From: Bugula neritina
Taxonomy: Eukaryota > Animalia > Bryozoa
Length of the DNA stretch: 64,000 nucleotides
Direction of reading: 5' to 3'
NCBI GenBank assembly: GCA_964035545.1
Contig: OZ037766.1
Coordinates: forward strand, 31,114,773-31,178,772
Shown here: piece after piece, positions 61,473 through 64,000 of the stretch
Layout: each line of letters starts with the position of its first letter
How positions within the stretch are numbered: the stretch's first letter is position 1
Position numbers and translations under genes: made by a program
Notes under the pieces: model-generated
Told to the model about the DNA's origin: nothing
Database searches by the model: none
What the model saw: only the letters and a program-made list of their open reading frames with translations

Positions 61473-63946
61473 ATGGTGAACTGGCTAAGAGCTCTGACTT
61501 ACATCCTTCTCTTCTCTATCACAAGTAATATTACCAACTTCTATTACAGCTCTTTGTATTTGAGTTTCAAGTTATAATAATGCGTTTTAAGAAATCAACT
61601 CTTGCAAGTTAATATATAGCTGAGTGTATTTTACTTTAAATTATTATCCTTATAAAAAAATTACACTGATAAAGTGTAAAAACTCTGAAGGAAATACTGT
61701 GTTTTTAAGTAAATTTTTAACAAAATTTTTGATTTTAACTTATAGTGTGCGCGTGCGTACGTATGTTGCGTGTGATAAAATATTTATTAATATAGCATTT
61801 GAATAAATATATCATTACCTATCCATAAGATAAGTAAAATTTTTTCAAAACAAATTCAAGATTTTAGATTCTAATTTCATTTATTTTAAAAGAATTTTAT
61901 TAAAAAAAATTGACTGCATGTGTTTCAGACATCATAAAATTTTTACCTTTGTATTTTTATTATTTAATAGCAATTTTAAAACATTTTTCATTTGTGTGAA
62001 TCAGCTAGAATCTAGATGTTTTCATGTTTCGAAACCAATCAGCAACAATCGCTCTATGAATTTTGTATTATATAATTATAATATAATGTTGGCCTATAGG
62101 CATATATTATATTACATTATTTTATATGTTACATCGTATATGCATAATATATTGCATTATATCATATATATGTTGTATTAGATTATATATAATATAATAT
62201 ATATAAGCATATATATTGCATTATATCATATATGTTGTATTATATTATATATAGGCATACATCCCGCCATCGATCAGGACATGGCGGTGATAGGGGAACA
62301 TATACTGTTTAGTAGAATGCAGGTTGAAATATCCTATATTTGCATATATTACATTATTTATTTTAAAAGTTTTTATGCAGGAGGTATACAAGTATATAAA
62401 ATCTCAATGTTACACTAAAAATCTTTTTTTTTCATTTTTTATTATTTCGGTTAAAATATAGTATATAATTATTGGAAGTGCTATTTTACTTTTGTGAAAT
62501 GCAAGTGTTTATGTGCTGTTGCTTTGTGCAACAGCTTACAGCTGCCATGCAAATAGGAAACATGGTGTACTGCAGTGTAAAAGATGTATTATATAGTTTG
62601 TAGTATAACATACTAGAACAATCTTAGGTAAAATGAACTAAGCTTTAGAGTCTAGATGAACTCACAAACATTCTTTTCTGTAGTTCTTCCGAAAAAACAA
62701 TGAATAAGTCACCATAAGTTATACCTTTATTAATTATACCTTTATTAGTTCTTCTTTGTTAAAATATAAAAACTTATTTCTTGAGACGCAGCTGTGTACT
62801 ATAGTGTGAATTAGGTCACATGTTCTTGTCTTGATGAGGTCATGGAGGATATCAGGAAAACTCTCAGGCCATAATCGCTTCTGTGTTATTTTTAAGAGTT
62901 TTCAAAAGTCACATTGAAAAGTAAAGTCCTTATAGGTAGCTTAAATGTGTTTGACCACCAGAGGTTCTTACATACAGGTATGCATGGCGACTCTAAACAG
63001 TATAATATAAATGTTCTTTCAATCTTGATTTGCTGTTATGCTTTAGAAAGTGAGGATGGCAAACCAGTTTACGGCCAGAGTTTAAGAACTTTTCCTGACA
63101 GCAATGCTTGGGCAGTCCAGGAAAATGTTCTCTTACCCAGAGATGAAGCAACAATCTGCTTTTGGTGGAAATCCGAAGAAAAGAAGAAAACACATTCAAT
63201 ACTGAGTCTTGGAAATCTAGGTAACCTGCTTACTGGGTCATATGTTTTTTGAATTTTCATTGACATTTTAAGAGTTTAAGTAATTTCTAAATCATTCCAT
63301 GTTTGGTGAAAGTCTCTAAAAGCAAATTTTAAATAAAAGGTATTATAGCTGTTACCATATATATTCTCAATTACTTTAAAAAACCATTATTACTTCTCTT
63401 AGTCCTATACGAAATTAGTATTTTTTACAAAATACTTTAATATTTAAAACTATATAAACAGAATACAATTCAAATTTGCTGCATAGGTTTGCTTGCAAAC
63501 ATTATATATTGTGATTGAGAATCAGGCCAATATTGTCAATCAGTTCACTATGGTAGGTTATTATGTAAGTTTAGAATAATTTCATTATATTATTATATAA
63601 CAAGCTGACAATAAGAAAAATGTTACTGTAAATAAAATTGCAGCATTCATCAGAAACCTTAAATATAAGTTGAAATACTAATTTATCTTTTCTCAATATA
63701 TGAACCATGCAGTTACTATGTATCTTATAAAACTTTATTTAAAGCTTCAAATATATTATTATGATGCTTTATGCAACAAGTGAGACACTATGTTTTGCAG
63801 GTGAATTTGTAAAAATATTGATTTCATCATCGGGGAAGAAAGTTGAGTTTTCGTGGTTTGATAACAAGAATGAAGAATCGTTAGAAATTGTCAAAGATAA
63901 ATGGTATTTTTTCTGTCTTGTGGTGAACGTGGATTGGCTAGTGACA
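61473..63946 (+). CDS. Secreted or cell-surface protein with pentraxin/LamG (ConA-like) domain, 5' partial
   Basis: Signal-peptide-like exon MVNWLRALTYILLFSIT (61473-61524). Phase-1 exons 63047-63220 (SLRTFP..DEATICFWWKS..SILSLG) and 63801-63946 (KDKWYFFCLVV) resemble the pentraxin motifs T.C.W and W.H.C. The gene continues past the window. Confidence 0.6.
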
Positions 63947-64000
63947 GTAAGTGAATATGAAACATTACAATTTTGAAGTAATAAACACGCATAAAAACTT

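Overview
AT-rich, intron-rich genomic DNA from an invertebrate animal (my guess is a lophotrochozoan, from gene content and intron style; not verified). There are no prokaryotic features. Exons were assembled by eye from GT-AG sites and reading phase. In order: NFRKB/INO80G (-); RPL31 (+), head-to-head with NFRKB; a p67phox/NOXA1-family NADPH-oxidase activator (+) that lacks both SH3 domains; an orphan ~1298-aa low-complexity nuclear protein (-); a deleted Gypsy LTR retrotransposon (-) whose LTRs carry heat-shock elements next to the TATA box; SNX25 (+); an intronless orphan multi-pass membrane protein (-); an ARSB/I/J-type arylsulfatase (-), whose first intron holds a 72-bp satellite split in register by a 2.48-kb TIR transposon; and the 5' part of a secreted pentraxin/LamG-like gene (+). 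Many introns carry their own private minisatellite at or near a splice junction, several made from copies of the exon end plus the donor site.
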